Shown one piece after another: positions 1 to 11,634 of a stretch of 64,000 nt of DNA (position 1 is the first letter of the stretch; every line of letters starts with the position of its first letter). Source of the DNA: Isurus oxyrinchus (taxonomy: Eukaryota); contig JANJGN010000038.1 in the NCBI GenBank assembly GCA_026770705.1, positions 13,268,001-13,332,000 of the forward strand. Direction: 5' to 3'. A program made the translations under genes and the position numbers. Below the pieces are notes generated by a model that had not been told where the DNA came from, made no database searches, and worked only from the letters and a program-made list of their open reading frames with translations.

Positions 1-2904
1 CCGGCCAAATACCAGAGGGAAGGAACCCCAATTCTAGGCTCTCTGAACAGAGGAAACACCTTAGCCTTTACCCTCTAAATCTCCCTAAGAGGTTTATTTT
101 TGCCTTTCAATGCATTTGTCTCTCATTCCCGAAACTTCAGAAAGTATAGGCTAAATTTATCGTTATATGAAATTCCTCTCACAACTGAATTAAACTAGCG
201 AGTGTTAGATTTACTCCCAATAAGAGAAGTATATCTTTCCATAAGGCCGGGGACACATACAACACAAGCTGCTCCAGACGTGGCCTCACCAATTTCCATG
301 ATTAATTCCATCTACGATGGAAACAAACCGACAGGCATTAGACACACTCAGCAAGTTAAAATTCAGAGGGAAGACCGCGGAATGAATGGACATCAGTTTG
401 CAAATTGGTTCTCTTTATGACTTCCGCCCCCATCTAAGAGAATGCCCAGCCATCAAGAGATTCTGGCCAAACCAGTAGCTGGCAACTTTCTAATGCCAGC
501 TGCAGAAACTGGAGGGGCGATGGCAACTCCGACTGCAGCCAATGCCCAATGGAGTGCAGAGCTGGAGCCGGATAAGAGTCCGGATGGGGACAGGTGGGGG
601 TGGAGTTGGGAGCACCAGTGTTGCAGAAGGGTAAATTAGGCTTGTGTGAGTGTTTGTTGTGAACCGTGATCGGAAGGAAAGGGACATTTCGAATTTAATA
701 CCCTCATTTAAAATGGTTGGAAGTGATAACGCAGGAAACTGTTATCCTTTGAGTTTATATATCGATGGGTATATGTATCAGAGATTATTAGAAATTATGA
801 GAATGAAATTTTCCAGGCTGCAATTAGCTTACACCGAGGTTTGTACAACTGAGACATAACGTAGTCCACACTCTATTCTAGTCGCATGTAAAATGGTAAA
901 AATGCTATTAAGCAATATTCATTATTGTTGTACCTGCCTACCTACTTTTAAGAAGTCAGTTAGCTGTCCAGTATATTTGCTCGTCTACATTGAATTATCT
1001 CTGTTGAAGTCTAATACGTCCAAGAATTTACCATAAGCTCTGAATTATTAAGAAGGAGATTGAATCGCGAATTTGGAGCCAAATTACAGAAAGAAGATAT
1101 GATTACATTGTAGTGACAAACGGGACTTCAATTATCTTAATATATACGGACATAGTGGCAATGTGAAGAATAAAGAGGGAGAGCAATTCCTGAAATATGT
1201 ATAATTTGCGTGTTGCCAAGTCACGAAGAAATGGATGTACCCATTTGACATAGTTTGTGTCTTGGATGGGAGGTAGGAGGCAGAGGTAAGAGATTAAACA
1301 ATATGTATTCAGATTGACAGGAGTTATGGGTTGCTGCCGTGACCATTATGAATAGTAAACACTGCTGGTACTGCGAATGAATGTTTGGTATATTGTCCAG
1401 GATGGCGCCGAGCTTCGTTATATGATTGTTGGAAGTGAACTGATCCAGTCGAGAAGAGATATTCCATCACGTTCCTTACTCGTATCCCGATGATGCTTTA
1501 CAGGCTTTTGAGGGGTCCGGGATGTGGGGAAGTGGACCAGAGATGAGTTACTCGCCTCAGAATTCCCATTCACTGATCTGCTTCATTTTGTAGTTACTTT
1601 ACTTACATAGTTGGTCCAATTTAGTTTCAGATGAATGGTGATCCCCATATTCTATAGCCGATGCTGGGGCGTGTTATGATGGTACTATGATTACTGTTTC
1701 TGAAATACTTTCCCGATGAAACATGCTCCGCTAGCAACATTTCATTTCCTAGAACTAGATCCATTGCTGCCCTTGGTTCTTGAGATGGAAAGACATGATT
1801 TTTAGGTATTTCATGAATTCCGCTCCCACTTTGCACTTTATATTGCTACTATCCCTGGCTCTTGGAAAATGTTACAAACCGGCGGAAGTTAGCTAATGTA
1901 GAGAAGTAAAAGCATGACAGTCAAGCTTACGATTAATTAAAACGTGTAGGCAGGTCGAGAAAAAGCAATGAAAATTGCTTACTAGTATGTTTACTGTTTC
2001 ACATTTGGCTGGACTATAAAGGGGAACGTGTTATGAATCAATTGCACTGACCCTTATCAGTTCAAGCGCAACGGTTTCGAATTGCCATAGTAAGCTTTTA
2101 TTTTAAAAAAAAGCTTTTTAAAAAAATATATAATTCCATGTAACGTATTAAAATCCACGTGCATCTGTAAAATTTGCCCCACCACCCTCTGTGGTTGAGC
2201 TATATAATGTCCAAGATGGTCAGTCTTATTATGTTGAAGACAGTGTCTCACTTGCCGTTCATTAGAAGGGAAATTCTACAGGAGATATGTAGTAAATCAT
2301 TCAATAATACAGGCGTGGGCAGAAACGTTGTGCAAAGGCATTTACATGTGAATGCATAAGGCTTCAAAGAATAACGTATGTGTGGAACACTGGGGAGCAA
2401 TTACACCCACATATATCAAAAACACTAACACTCAATGGCAACAGCTAAACTTTAAAGAAGCTTACTGATGAAAAGTATTGTGTTAGAGGCACGCATTATC
2501 CCGTGCATGTAAATGCATAATAAATTAAACACACCCGAGCTCATGGGACATTTGTAGATATCTGGATATGTGAGCATTTTAGAATTCTGTTTCTGATTTT
2601 CAAATCCCTTCATGATCTCACCCCTTATTATCTTTCTAGTTTCCTTCAGGCCTACTATCCGTCGAGATAAGTGAACGCCACCAAATCCGGCCTGTTGTAC
2701 ACCCTCAATTTTAATCAATCCATAATTGTGCCTTCTGCGGGCAATGCCCTTGGCTCCATAATTCCACCCCCACACACCTCCACATTCCCAGAACTCTTTC
2801 CCTCCTTAAGACGATTGTTAATAGCACACTGACCAAACATTTCTTTTACATCTGTTCAAATATCTCCTCTTGTGAAAGCACAATACTGCGAATGCTGGAA
2901 GTCT

Positions 2905-3097
2905 GAAATAAAAACAGAAAATACTGGACAAACTCAACAGGCCTGGCTGCATCTGTGGAGAGACAAACAGAATTAACATTTCAAGTCTGGATGACTCTGA
3001 AGAAGGAGCGTACAGACTCGAAGCATTAATTCTGTTTCTTTCTCCATCGATGCTGCCAGACCTGCTGACATTTTTTTCTAGAATTTTCTGTTTTTAT
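2905..3097. repeat. Palindromic element made of two inverted Penelope pseudo-LTR-like halves
   Basis: ataaaaacagaaaat...ggcctggctgcatc.gtggagag..aaacagaattaa is the reverse complement of ttaattctgtttc..tctccatcgatgctgccagacc...attttctgtttttat; similar to 19620-19750. Confidence 0.75.
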
Positions 3098-5077
3098 CCC
3101 CTAATGTGGTTTGTTTAGATTCCCCTTACTATTCGATTAAACCTTGTGGTACTTAGTTCTGAATTTTCATCACTCTTTTGCTTTGGGTGAATAAGTTTAT
3201 TTTGAATTACAGACCGGATTTGCTGTCTCTCTTTTAATGATAGCCTCTGGTTATGTTACTTATCAAAAAAATAAAGTATTTCCTTCGTATAGACTCTATC
3301 CAAACGTTGCATACATAATGGCCTCTATTATGTCACCATGCAGCCTTCCTTATTTCAAGGGAAAGGTGACGCTGGCTGCTAAGCACTTCCTGATATGTAT
3401 ATCCACGAAATTCACGTAACATTGTTGTGTATTTTCTTTTCACTCTTAAGCACCTCTATACCCTCTAATTTTATAATGCGGCGACCATAACTGCACACTA
3501 CTCCGAGTGTAGTTGAACCAAGGTTCGATACAGGTGAAACATAACGTTCCTGCTTCTCAAATTCACCCTCTATAAAGAATTCCTGATGGTTTTTTTATTG
3601 TCTTGCTAACTTGTGACACAACCTTTAGAGAACAATGCACTAACACCCCACGATCATGCTAGATTTCACCTTTACCCCATTATGACTGACATCTTCCAAG
3701 TTATAAGTGACCTCCACATTCTTCCCACCAAAATGTGTCCCTTCACATTTATGTGTGCTCAACTTCATTTCTCAAATATTTATCACTTTTTCAAGTTTAC
3801 TCAGGAAACACAGAAGTTAGCGAAAGTTCAGCACTCGCTCCTACATGGTGTGGTTGTGGCGAATATTAATAATAAATTTAGGAGATGCTAGAGTACATGC
3901 TGGAGGAAGGCATGAAGCATATTTTGATTTGTTGACATGAAGCAATTGCAAAGCGGCTTTTGTGGAGAATGAACACCCGTACAGAGATATTTGTCAGAAT
4001 AACCAGTAACTGTACTGTAATGTTCTCTTCAATTATGGTCAATAAGAATCAACACACCATTAGCCTTTTTTTCTGATTCGCTGTTGCACCACTGTACAGC
4101 TTTAACAAATATGTATAGTGGGAAATTTCTTTGCTCCTCCTCTGCAGCATATAGTTGTATCAGAATGTAGAATACCTCTTGAAGTATTTGTCTTGCATAA
4201 AAGCAACGTGACCTCACACTTATTCAAATTAATCTCCATCTGCCGGGCTTTCAGCCGATTTCCTAATCTGTCGGTGCCCCTATGCAATGCTGTACTCCCA
4301 TCTGCACTATTTGCCAGCGCACATGCTTCCAGCCCTCTGCAGACTTGGACATATAAATTTTGATTCTTGCATCCAAGGCATTCAATAAATAAGGCAGACA
4401 TTTGAAAACCAAGATGACAAACTTGGGGAAGCACGACATGTTAGATCCTATCAATCCCAATGTGTAACATTTATCACAACTTTCTGGCTTTTTGCTTCTT
4501 TTTGAGTGCCTGTCGACCTTATTCCAGGGTTTCAAGTAAATCGATATGGCTAATGCCGCTAGATACACTAGTTTCTACTTAGTGGTATCATCCTCAAAAA
4601 TGCAGCTAAATTTTTGTCGACTCACCATAATCTTAACAACGTATTGCAGACACTATGGGAGGAAACCTCGGCCCTCCCCGCTGGCGAGATTTTCCGGTCC
4701 CACCGGAGTCAATGGACTTTTGAGCGACTCGTCACAATTTAAGGCCCCGTCTCTGCTGTGCTTGATTAATTTAATGGGAAAGTTCAGTCAACCCAATGCG
4801 AAATCTTTGAGAGGAATAAAGAACGGAGTTTGGGATAATCGAGCGTCAAAGTGAGGAGAAAAGTTCTAGTCTCACGCTATTGAAGACAGAATCGGGAACT
4901 TGGGCTTTAGTGGAAATGGAATTACAGGGGAATGGGGATTGGCGATCACACATCGTCATTTTGCTTCTGGCATTTGAGCTAAGATTCAGGTGCCAGTACA
5001 TTTCATTCAACCTACACTACGACATGTCTTACATTGCTGCCCTTTGTGCATTTGTACTCGCTAAAACATTCCTTATA

Positions 5078-5890
5078 ACCAGTGAGATTATCCATTTTGG
5101 TAGCAAAAACAGGAAGGCAAATTATTATTTGAATGGCTATAAATTGAGAGAGGGAAATGTGCAACGATACCTGGGGATCGTTGTACACCAATCGCTGAAG
5201 GTAAGCATGCAGGTGCAGCAGGCGGTAAAGAAGGCAGATGGCATGTTGGCCTTCATACCGAGAGGATTCGAGTACAGGAACAGGGATGTATTGCTGCAAT
5301 TGTACAGGGCCTTGGTGAGACCACACCTGGAATATTGTGTGTAGTTTTGGTCTCCTTATCTGAGGAAGGATGTACTTGCTATAGAGGGAGTGCAGTGAAG
5401 GTTTACCCAAATGATTCATGAGATGGCGAGACTGACATATGAGGAGAGGTTGAGTCGATTACGACTATATTCCCTGGAGTTCAGAAGAATGACGGGGGAT
5501 CTCATAGAAACTTATAAAATTCTAAGAGGACTAGACAGGGTAGATGCAGGAAGAAGGTTTCCGATGGTGGGGGAGTCATGAACTAGGGGTCACAGTCTGA
5601 GGATGTGGAGTAGACTATTTAAGACTGAGATGAGGAGAAATGTCTTCACACAGAGAGTGGTGAGCCTGTGGAATTCATTACCACAGAAAGTATTTGAGAC
5701 CAAAACATTGTGTGCTTTCAAGAAAGAGTTAGCTCTTGGGGTGAAAGGGTTCAAAGGGTGTGAGGAGAAAGCGGGAGCAGGCTATTGAGTTGGATGATCA
5801 GCTATAATCATAATGAAAGGCGGAGCAGGTTCGAAGGACCGGATGGCCTATTCCAGCTCCTTGCTTCTATGTTTCTATATTTCTGTTTAT
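5078..5890 (+). mobile_element. 5'-truncated CR1-type LINE 3' end
   Basis: IHFGSKNRK...LYRALVRPHLEYCV; FTQRVVSLWNSLP; ends in (TTCTATRT)n-like tail. Confidence 0.88.
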
Positions 5891-7929
5891 TTTCTGAAAG
5901 CCATATTATAACCTCAGTCTGTATGTAGCACGGGGTACACTCCGTGTAACATGTTGCAGCTCCCCCATATACAGCAGATGGTGAATAATTGAAACTGGGC
6001 CGGAATAAATCAGTGCGACATGCTAGGATCCCTATAATGCCCATCATTCCATTTCATAATTGGGCTATTCATCTGCTTAAAATAAACCAATTAAAATCTC
6101 TGCGAATGAAAATGGCTTCTCAATGCTCTTAATGTTGGTTTCCCAGCTCCATCAACATTAAATGCAAATGTTAACGTCAGCTGCAATGTTCATGGTACCA
6201 GCAATTAGAAATGGTACGGTTCGCCTATCAATTATTAGCAAACCGACGCTGTTTGCACAATATAAACTTCATCCAGGCCCATTAACACTATCATGTTGCC
6301 AGCTTACGTATATGACCAAGCTAAAGACAGCAAACCCCCAGCACGTGAAAACTCATTGATCACATGGGCATTGCGCTTGCGTGAATCGATTTATAAGGCC
6401 CACGTTCTAACGATTATGAATTATAAATGATTGGGATGTTGGTGGTTCGGGAGATTATTGGCAAGTTTGTATCAAAGTACATCCGGACAGTGATTTACCG
6501 CCCATCAATATTAATGATCGAAAATCATGAAAGGGCAGCGCAGTTATGACGATTTGAGTTACAAAGCCTTGCGGGAAGGGTACCGGAGGGAAGCACATTC
6601 TTTGAAACTTGCACCTTTGATCTTACAGTTACTCCTCCCATGAATGCCGATAGGCCCGACTATTGGAGGGCTAAAAGAATGCCATTCCCTGCTTTCAAAG
6701 GATATATCCACATGAACATGGTTTTGTGCTTTCCAGGGGGTAATGCTCGTTTATATCTGTCAAAGGCAATGCACTTGTCTCCTTGAGCTATGTTCAGGAG
6801 ATGAAAAAATGGTGTCAAATCCAAACGCTTTCCAAACTTATTGTTCATGTTCACACAGCTCACGAATCAAGCATTAAACTTGCTCATAAATCCCGCAGCC
6901 CGACAACTTTCTCTAAGAAGACTTTTCACTCGATTACTGCTAAAAATCCTTCAATTTTAATACAGTCCTCTCCTTGATCCCTTAACAATTAATAACGTCC
7001 TGCTTCCATCTATCTACCCTGACCAATTCTTTGACGTTTTTAAACAATTTGCTTTATCTACTCTTAATGTAAGCTTTCTTTAAAAAATGAGCAAGCTTAT
7101 AGTTTTTTTTTATTCCTGTTTACATATCGTCATAACTGGCATCGTTTTGGTCATCAAGAATAGTAGCAGAGTGATAATGCTACAGAAGAAATAGCCTTCA
7201 TGGCTGGCCTAATAATATAGGAGCATGAGTTAAACTACCAAAACAGCAGCTTGGGAATTAACATTCAGCAAGTTTAATAAATCTGCAAGTAAAACGCTAC
7301 AATCAGCAATGTTGACATGAAATTACCGGACTCTTATAGAGGACGGCCCTTTTGTTTTCTAATTCCCATTAGGGAATGATACCTGCTGTTCTGACCCCGT
7401 CTCACATACACAAAAACCCAAATACACAACAATGTAACTGGCTTTTAACTGCTCTCTAAAATTATCAAGTAAGTCATTCTTGTCAGGAAAGGTGCTCATC
7501 ATCACTTCCAAAGGGCAATTAGGGACAGTAAATCAAGGTTAATTTTGCCAGAGGCGATGTGAATGAATGAAGCAACAAAAAAATGTTTGGCACAACATTT
7601 AAAGCCTCAAAGTCCATATCATATTGGAGAGCCAAAATTATGTAAACTCTCCGCTCTTCCCCAAAACTGAACTAATTTCCTTTCAGAGTCTCTTTTCCAG
7701 CGCCTTCTTTACAAACGGCATCATCTCAATGTTATTGGCACTGAATGTCCCCTGCCACTTATTAGCACTTTACCGCATATTACCCAACTCCGTTTGGTTT
7801 TCAAAATATTAAAAAGTGTTTCTTATGTTGCGCTCACCATTCGGAAAACTTTCCTCACGTCTATAACAAAAAAATAATAAAATCGAATGTAACGCCTTTC
7901 ATTGGCCTATGCATTTCCCTGTGTGAATT

Positions 7930-8640
7930 ATTATATAAAGAATGACACCAAGGCACATAAAGTGACATTGGGTCAGATAAGCAAAAGCTTCGTCAAACAG
8001 TTAGCTTAATGAATGCCTTAAATGGAGAAAGCGAGGCAGAAAGGTGGAGAGCTCTAAGGATTGCATGTCAGAGTTTGTGTTCAAGACAGTTGAAGGCACG
8101 GCCAGCAATTCTGGAGCAATTACAGTTTGGAGTATACAAGAGGCCAAAAATAAAGGCATAGGTCTCTTGTAGGGTTTTGTGTTTGGAGGAGATTACAGAT
8201 ATAGAAATGGGCAAGGCTATGGAGGATTATGAAAACAAGGATTAGAATATTAAAATCAAAGGTTGCTGGCCCAGAAATAAATGTCAGTCCGTGAGCAAAG
8301 AGATTATGGATGAGTGGGACTTGCTGTGAGGTAAAATGAGGGCAGCAGAGTTTTATATGACCTCAAGTTTACAGTGGGTAGAATCTAGGAGGCAGGATTG
8401 CATTGGGATAATTGAATCTAGAGGTAACAAAGACAAGGGCCAAGGGTGAAGTGAGACAGGGGCGAAGTCAAGTGGTGTTATGGGGATGGAAATAGTGCAT
8501 CTTAGAGATGTTGTGAATATGAGGTCGGACGCTATTTTCCACATCAAATACAACATCGAGACTACCATAAACACAACCTCTTGCCGGGGAAATAGTTGGA
8601 GTCAGTAGCTAGGAAAGGGATTTTAGAGCAGAGACCACAA
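7930..8640 (-). mobile_element. L2-type LINE fragment (antisense)
   Basis: Similar to 21360-22400 (ttgaaggcacggcca; gcattgg..ta....aatctagagg), resembling L2 3' regions. Confidence 0.55.
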
Positions 8641-9667
8641 TTATATAACTGACGTACGGGGTGAAGAAACGTGCCCAGAGAACAGAATCATGTGCTAGAG
8701 TTTTACCCATTTCTAACAACATTGATTATAATGAGATCCCTGTTGGACTTGCTGTGATGCATTTTAATTGATTTGCGCTCTTCTCCTGAATCTTTTCATA
8801 ATTCTGCGGTACTGACCTATCCAAGGCTTTCTTAAGGTTCACGTGGGTAACCTTTATGTGACCAAAAGTCGAAATATCACAGCAAAAAAAAAGAAAAACA
8901 AGGAAGGTTTCTTGCGTGAACACGGCTCATGCCGAGCATGCGGTCTTTGTTTATCACGGTTATCAACACATTTTTCACATTAAAGGCATGAATGTTTCAG
9001 TAGAGGTTATTTGAGTGAGAGCTGTTTATTTCATTCTGTGCACAAAGCTGACATTTAAACATGGATATCATTATCAATCTAACACTAATGCATCGCCAAT
9101 TGTTGAACATGTACATTTACAATATGCAAGATGAACTACAGCGATTCGCCAAGTCTCCATCGAAAGCAACTTCGAAACATTCCACATCTACCATTTTGAA
9201 GCAAATAAATGTACCAAAAGCATGATAACACTGCGACCGGCAGGTTTCCCTCCAAGCCTCAAAACATCAGGACTTGAAACTATATCGCCGTGCATTCACT
9301 GTGGCTGAATCAATGTCCTGTAAATTAGTTGCTAACAGCAGTGTGTGGGTACCTGCATAAGATGGACAGCAGAGATTGAAGCAGCCACCTTCACGAGCAC
9401 AAATAGTGACTGGTCACCAATGATGGCCTTGCCAATCAAGCCCACACCCCATGAAAGAAAAAGTAAAACAAACAAAAAAGTATGAAAAGCAATCAGCGTG
9501 AATGCAAACGAGCTGAACATGGTGACAGTGCAGTAATTTCTCTATAACTCTGCCGATCTGTCCACGTTAATTGGATGCAGAGTCGACCAGTGTGACTGTG
9601 GATATACAAGTCATAACCTAACCTATTGCAAACCCTGAGCAGTTCACATTGCTAATGGTCTATCACT

Positions 9668-9708
9668 CCGCCCTATGCAAATCCGCCCTGCTTCTTGAGG
9701 TTTATAAA
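9668..9708 (+). promoter_or_regulatory. IgNAR V promoter: GC box - octamer - GC box - TATA
   Basis: CCGCCC 9668-9673, ATGCAAAT 9675-9682, CCGCCC 9683-9688, TATAAA 9703-9708, about 95-130 nt upstream of the leader ATG. Confidence 0.85.
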
Positions 9709-9800
9709 GTCGGTGTTCTGCTACACACCGTTACACAGAACAGTTGGCGTTGAGGTCTGGAGTTCGTTCTGTTTATGTTTTCCACACTGATGAAGAAACA

Positions 9801-9843
9801 ATGAATATTTTCTGCCTTTCGCTCCTTTTAACCTGGTTACCAA
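9801..9843 (+). CDS. IgNAR: IgNAR leader exon (signal peptide MNIFCLSLLLTWLP)
   Basis: ATG at 9801, hydrophobic peptide starting MNIF as in IgNAR leaders, phase-1 donor A|GTAAGT at 9843/9844. Confidence 0.93.
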
Positions 9844-9984
9844 GTAAGTGTTGTTCGCTAAAGGGTATGGGCAGTAATTAGATAAATTAGTGTGGCTGCG
9901 CCCGTATTGTGTAATTACCCTTTGCCTTAAAAAGTTTTTATTGTTTCAGACCCACGAGTTATTTAATATATTTTCTCCATTCAG

Positions 9985-10256
9985 TTACCTTCAGTGTTAG
10001 AGTGGACCAAACACCAAGAACGGCAACGAAAGAGACAGGCGAATCCCTGACAATCAACTGCGTCCTAAAGGATGCTAGCTGTAGCTTGCACTCTACATCA
10101 TGGTTCCGGAAAAACCCGGGATCAACAGATTGGGAACGGATAACCATTGGCGGCCGATATGTTGAATCAGTCAACCAGGGAAGCAAATCCTTTTCCCTGC
10201 GAATCAATGACCTGACAGTTGAAGACAGTGTCACGTTTTACTGCAAAGCTGAAACT
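9985..10256 (+). CDS. IgNAR: IgNAR V gene segment (VNAR, type II-like, unrearranged)
   Basis: Acceptor ttttctccattcag|; translates (I)[90 protein letters not shown]; short domain lacking conventional CDR2, two canonical Cys plus a CDR1 Cys. Confidence 0.97.
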
Positions 10257-10294
10257 CACAGTAATGAGTTTGAACTTCTGCTCATACAAGAACA
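10257..10294 (+). other. V 3' recombination signal sequence (two-turn class, 22-nt spacer)
   Basis: CACAGTA (10257-10263) + 22 nt + ACAAGAACA (10286-10294). Confidence 0.88.
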
Positions 10295-10490
10295 CCCTCG
10301 GATCTTCTGGTGATTAAAATACGAATTGTTTTGCTCTTTCACTCAAACCTTCACTTTGCAGCCACGGATTTCCATCTGAGACCTGCAGAGTTGTGTAAAT
10401 AACTGGTAACAGTTTCAGGATCAGAAATCCCCGCAGTGAAAATGCGGATTTGAAGTGCGGTTGTTCAATTTACAGTCTCGCAAGTAAACC

Positions 10491-10573
10491 AATTTGTGCA
10501 CTGGGCTGTACCACTGTGTACATACTATAGCTGCCACAGCAATCGAGAAGACGGTTCCCGTAATACACAAACT
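10491..10573 (+). other. IgNAR: IgNAR D1 segment (coding 10519-10534, TACATACTATAGCTGC) with 12-RSS and 23-RSS
   Basis: AATTTGTGC-12-CACTGTG | 16 nt | CACAGCA-23-ACACAAACT; frames give YIL*, TYYSC, HTIA. Confidence 0.9.
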
Positions 10574-10763
10574 ACCAGCAGAGATTCTGTTTTAAAAGTA
10601 AGAACAAAGTCACCACATCTCAATGGGTTTAGCAGCAGGTTATTGGTTACTTGGTGATTTGGAGGGGTAACATGTCAAAAGGCTTGAAAAAAACAACGTT
10701 GTGATGTGTATACAGATTGCTATTTACATCAAAACTGAGTGTTTTGTATTAATGCACGTGCGA

Positions 10764-10841
10764 CTTTTTTGCACTGATCTCTATGACTGTGTGGCTGGGG
10801 TACCACAGTGATGAATCCTGGATTCCCATAATACATAAACT
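10764..10841 (+). other. IgNAR: IgNAR D2 segment (coding 10792-10803, TGGCTGGGGTAC) with 12-RSS and 22-RSS
   Basis: CTTTTTTGC-12-GACTGTG | 12 nt | CACAGTG-22-ACATAAACT; frames give WLGY, GWG, AGV. Confidence 0.9.
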
Positions 10842-11156
10842 TCCCCACACCTCTTAAGGTAAAGCGAACAGATGCCATTTTCTGAGTGGCTAAGATATCT
10901 CATGGCTAAATATTTATTATCTTCGTCAGACAGTGCTTGGTATATCAAAGGCTTTTCTCTAGTTATTTAGGTGGTAATTTTATAAATTTTATAAATGTTA
11001 TCTTCATGATGGAACATTTTAGATTCGCCAGGATTTTTCGAGTGGGTGTGAACTATAGGCATCTATGGCATCCTAACTTAAAGGCAACGATTTGCTACAT
11101 TTTCCAATCAATTTCTTGAATATGTGACTGATTTTTTGGAAAGTTTTGGACAATGG

Positions 11157-11224
11157 ATTTATTGTGTTGGGGTGAATTGATGTGTTACTTCTGTGACACA
11201 GTGAGTCGGGACACAGCACAAACC
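11157..11224 (+). other. IgNAR: IgNAR D3 segment (coding 11185-11196, TTACTTCTGTGA) with 12-RSS on both sides
   Basis: ATTTATTGT-12-TGATGTG (weak heptamer) | 12 nt | CACAGTG-12-GCACAAACC; frames give LLL*, YFC(D/E), TSV. Confidence 0.83.
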
Positions 11225-11540
11225 TCCCCGACAGTTCTTTATTTTACTACTCATGAATGTGGCTGAATAATCTACTTTCTTACACTTGATCTCTTGCAAC
11301 GCAGAGGTTGAAATCAGTTCCTGATCGAATATTGGTTGGAATCTATCCGCATTCCCAATAAAATTGAAACACTGGATTGTCCTTTTTCGGTGTTACACGA
11401 ATTCACATTGCTCATACTAACTATCTTCACGGACAGAAACTGACAGAAAATAAAGAGTTATCAATGGATAAAAAGTATGCAAAATGTCCTTGGATCAGTC
11501 TTGCTTTGGAACATTTATTACCAAATTATTCTTTTTTGAC

Positions 11541-11579
11541 ACTTTTTTAACTGGGCTGACTTGGAGCTGAATGACTGTG
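11541..11579 (-). other. J 5' recombination signal sequence (23-nt spacer)
   Basis: On + strand ACTTTTTTA (11541-11549) + 23 nt + GACTGTG (11573-11579). Confidence 0.8.
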
Positions 11580-11634
11580 GGGTCTAGTTGGAGCTATTAT
11601 GATGGGGCTGGCACGGTGCTGACTGTGAACTCAG
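11580..11634 (+). CDS. IgNAR: IgNAR J gene segment (GSSWSYYDGAGTVLTVNS)
   Basis: FR4 motif DGAGTVLTVN typical of VNAR, no FR4 Cys, phase-1 donor G|GTAAGT at 11634/11635. Confidence 0.95.

Noticed and set aside
6162-6169. Isolated perfect octamers at 6162, 16177 and 59072
   Set aside because: An 8-mer is expected a few times by chance in 64 kb of AT-rich DNA; no supporting context, and the 59072 site is not conserved in the functional copy.
9935-9994. Alternative AG acceptors in or near the leader intron (9949, 9994)
   Set aside because: Both shift the frame; only 9984/9985 restores the leader-V frame.
10257-10313. ORF extension of V ([18 protein letters not shown])
   Set aside because: Read-through into the RSS of the unrearranged V; removed by V(D)J recombination.
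11612-11627. Heptamer-like CACGGTG and GACTGTG inside J
   Set aside because: No nonamer-like sequence at 12 or 23 nt; explained by FR4 codons.
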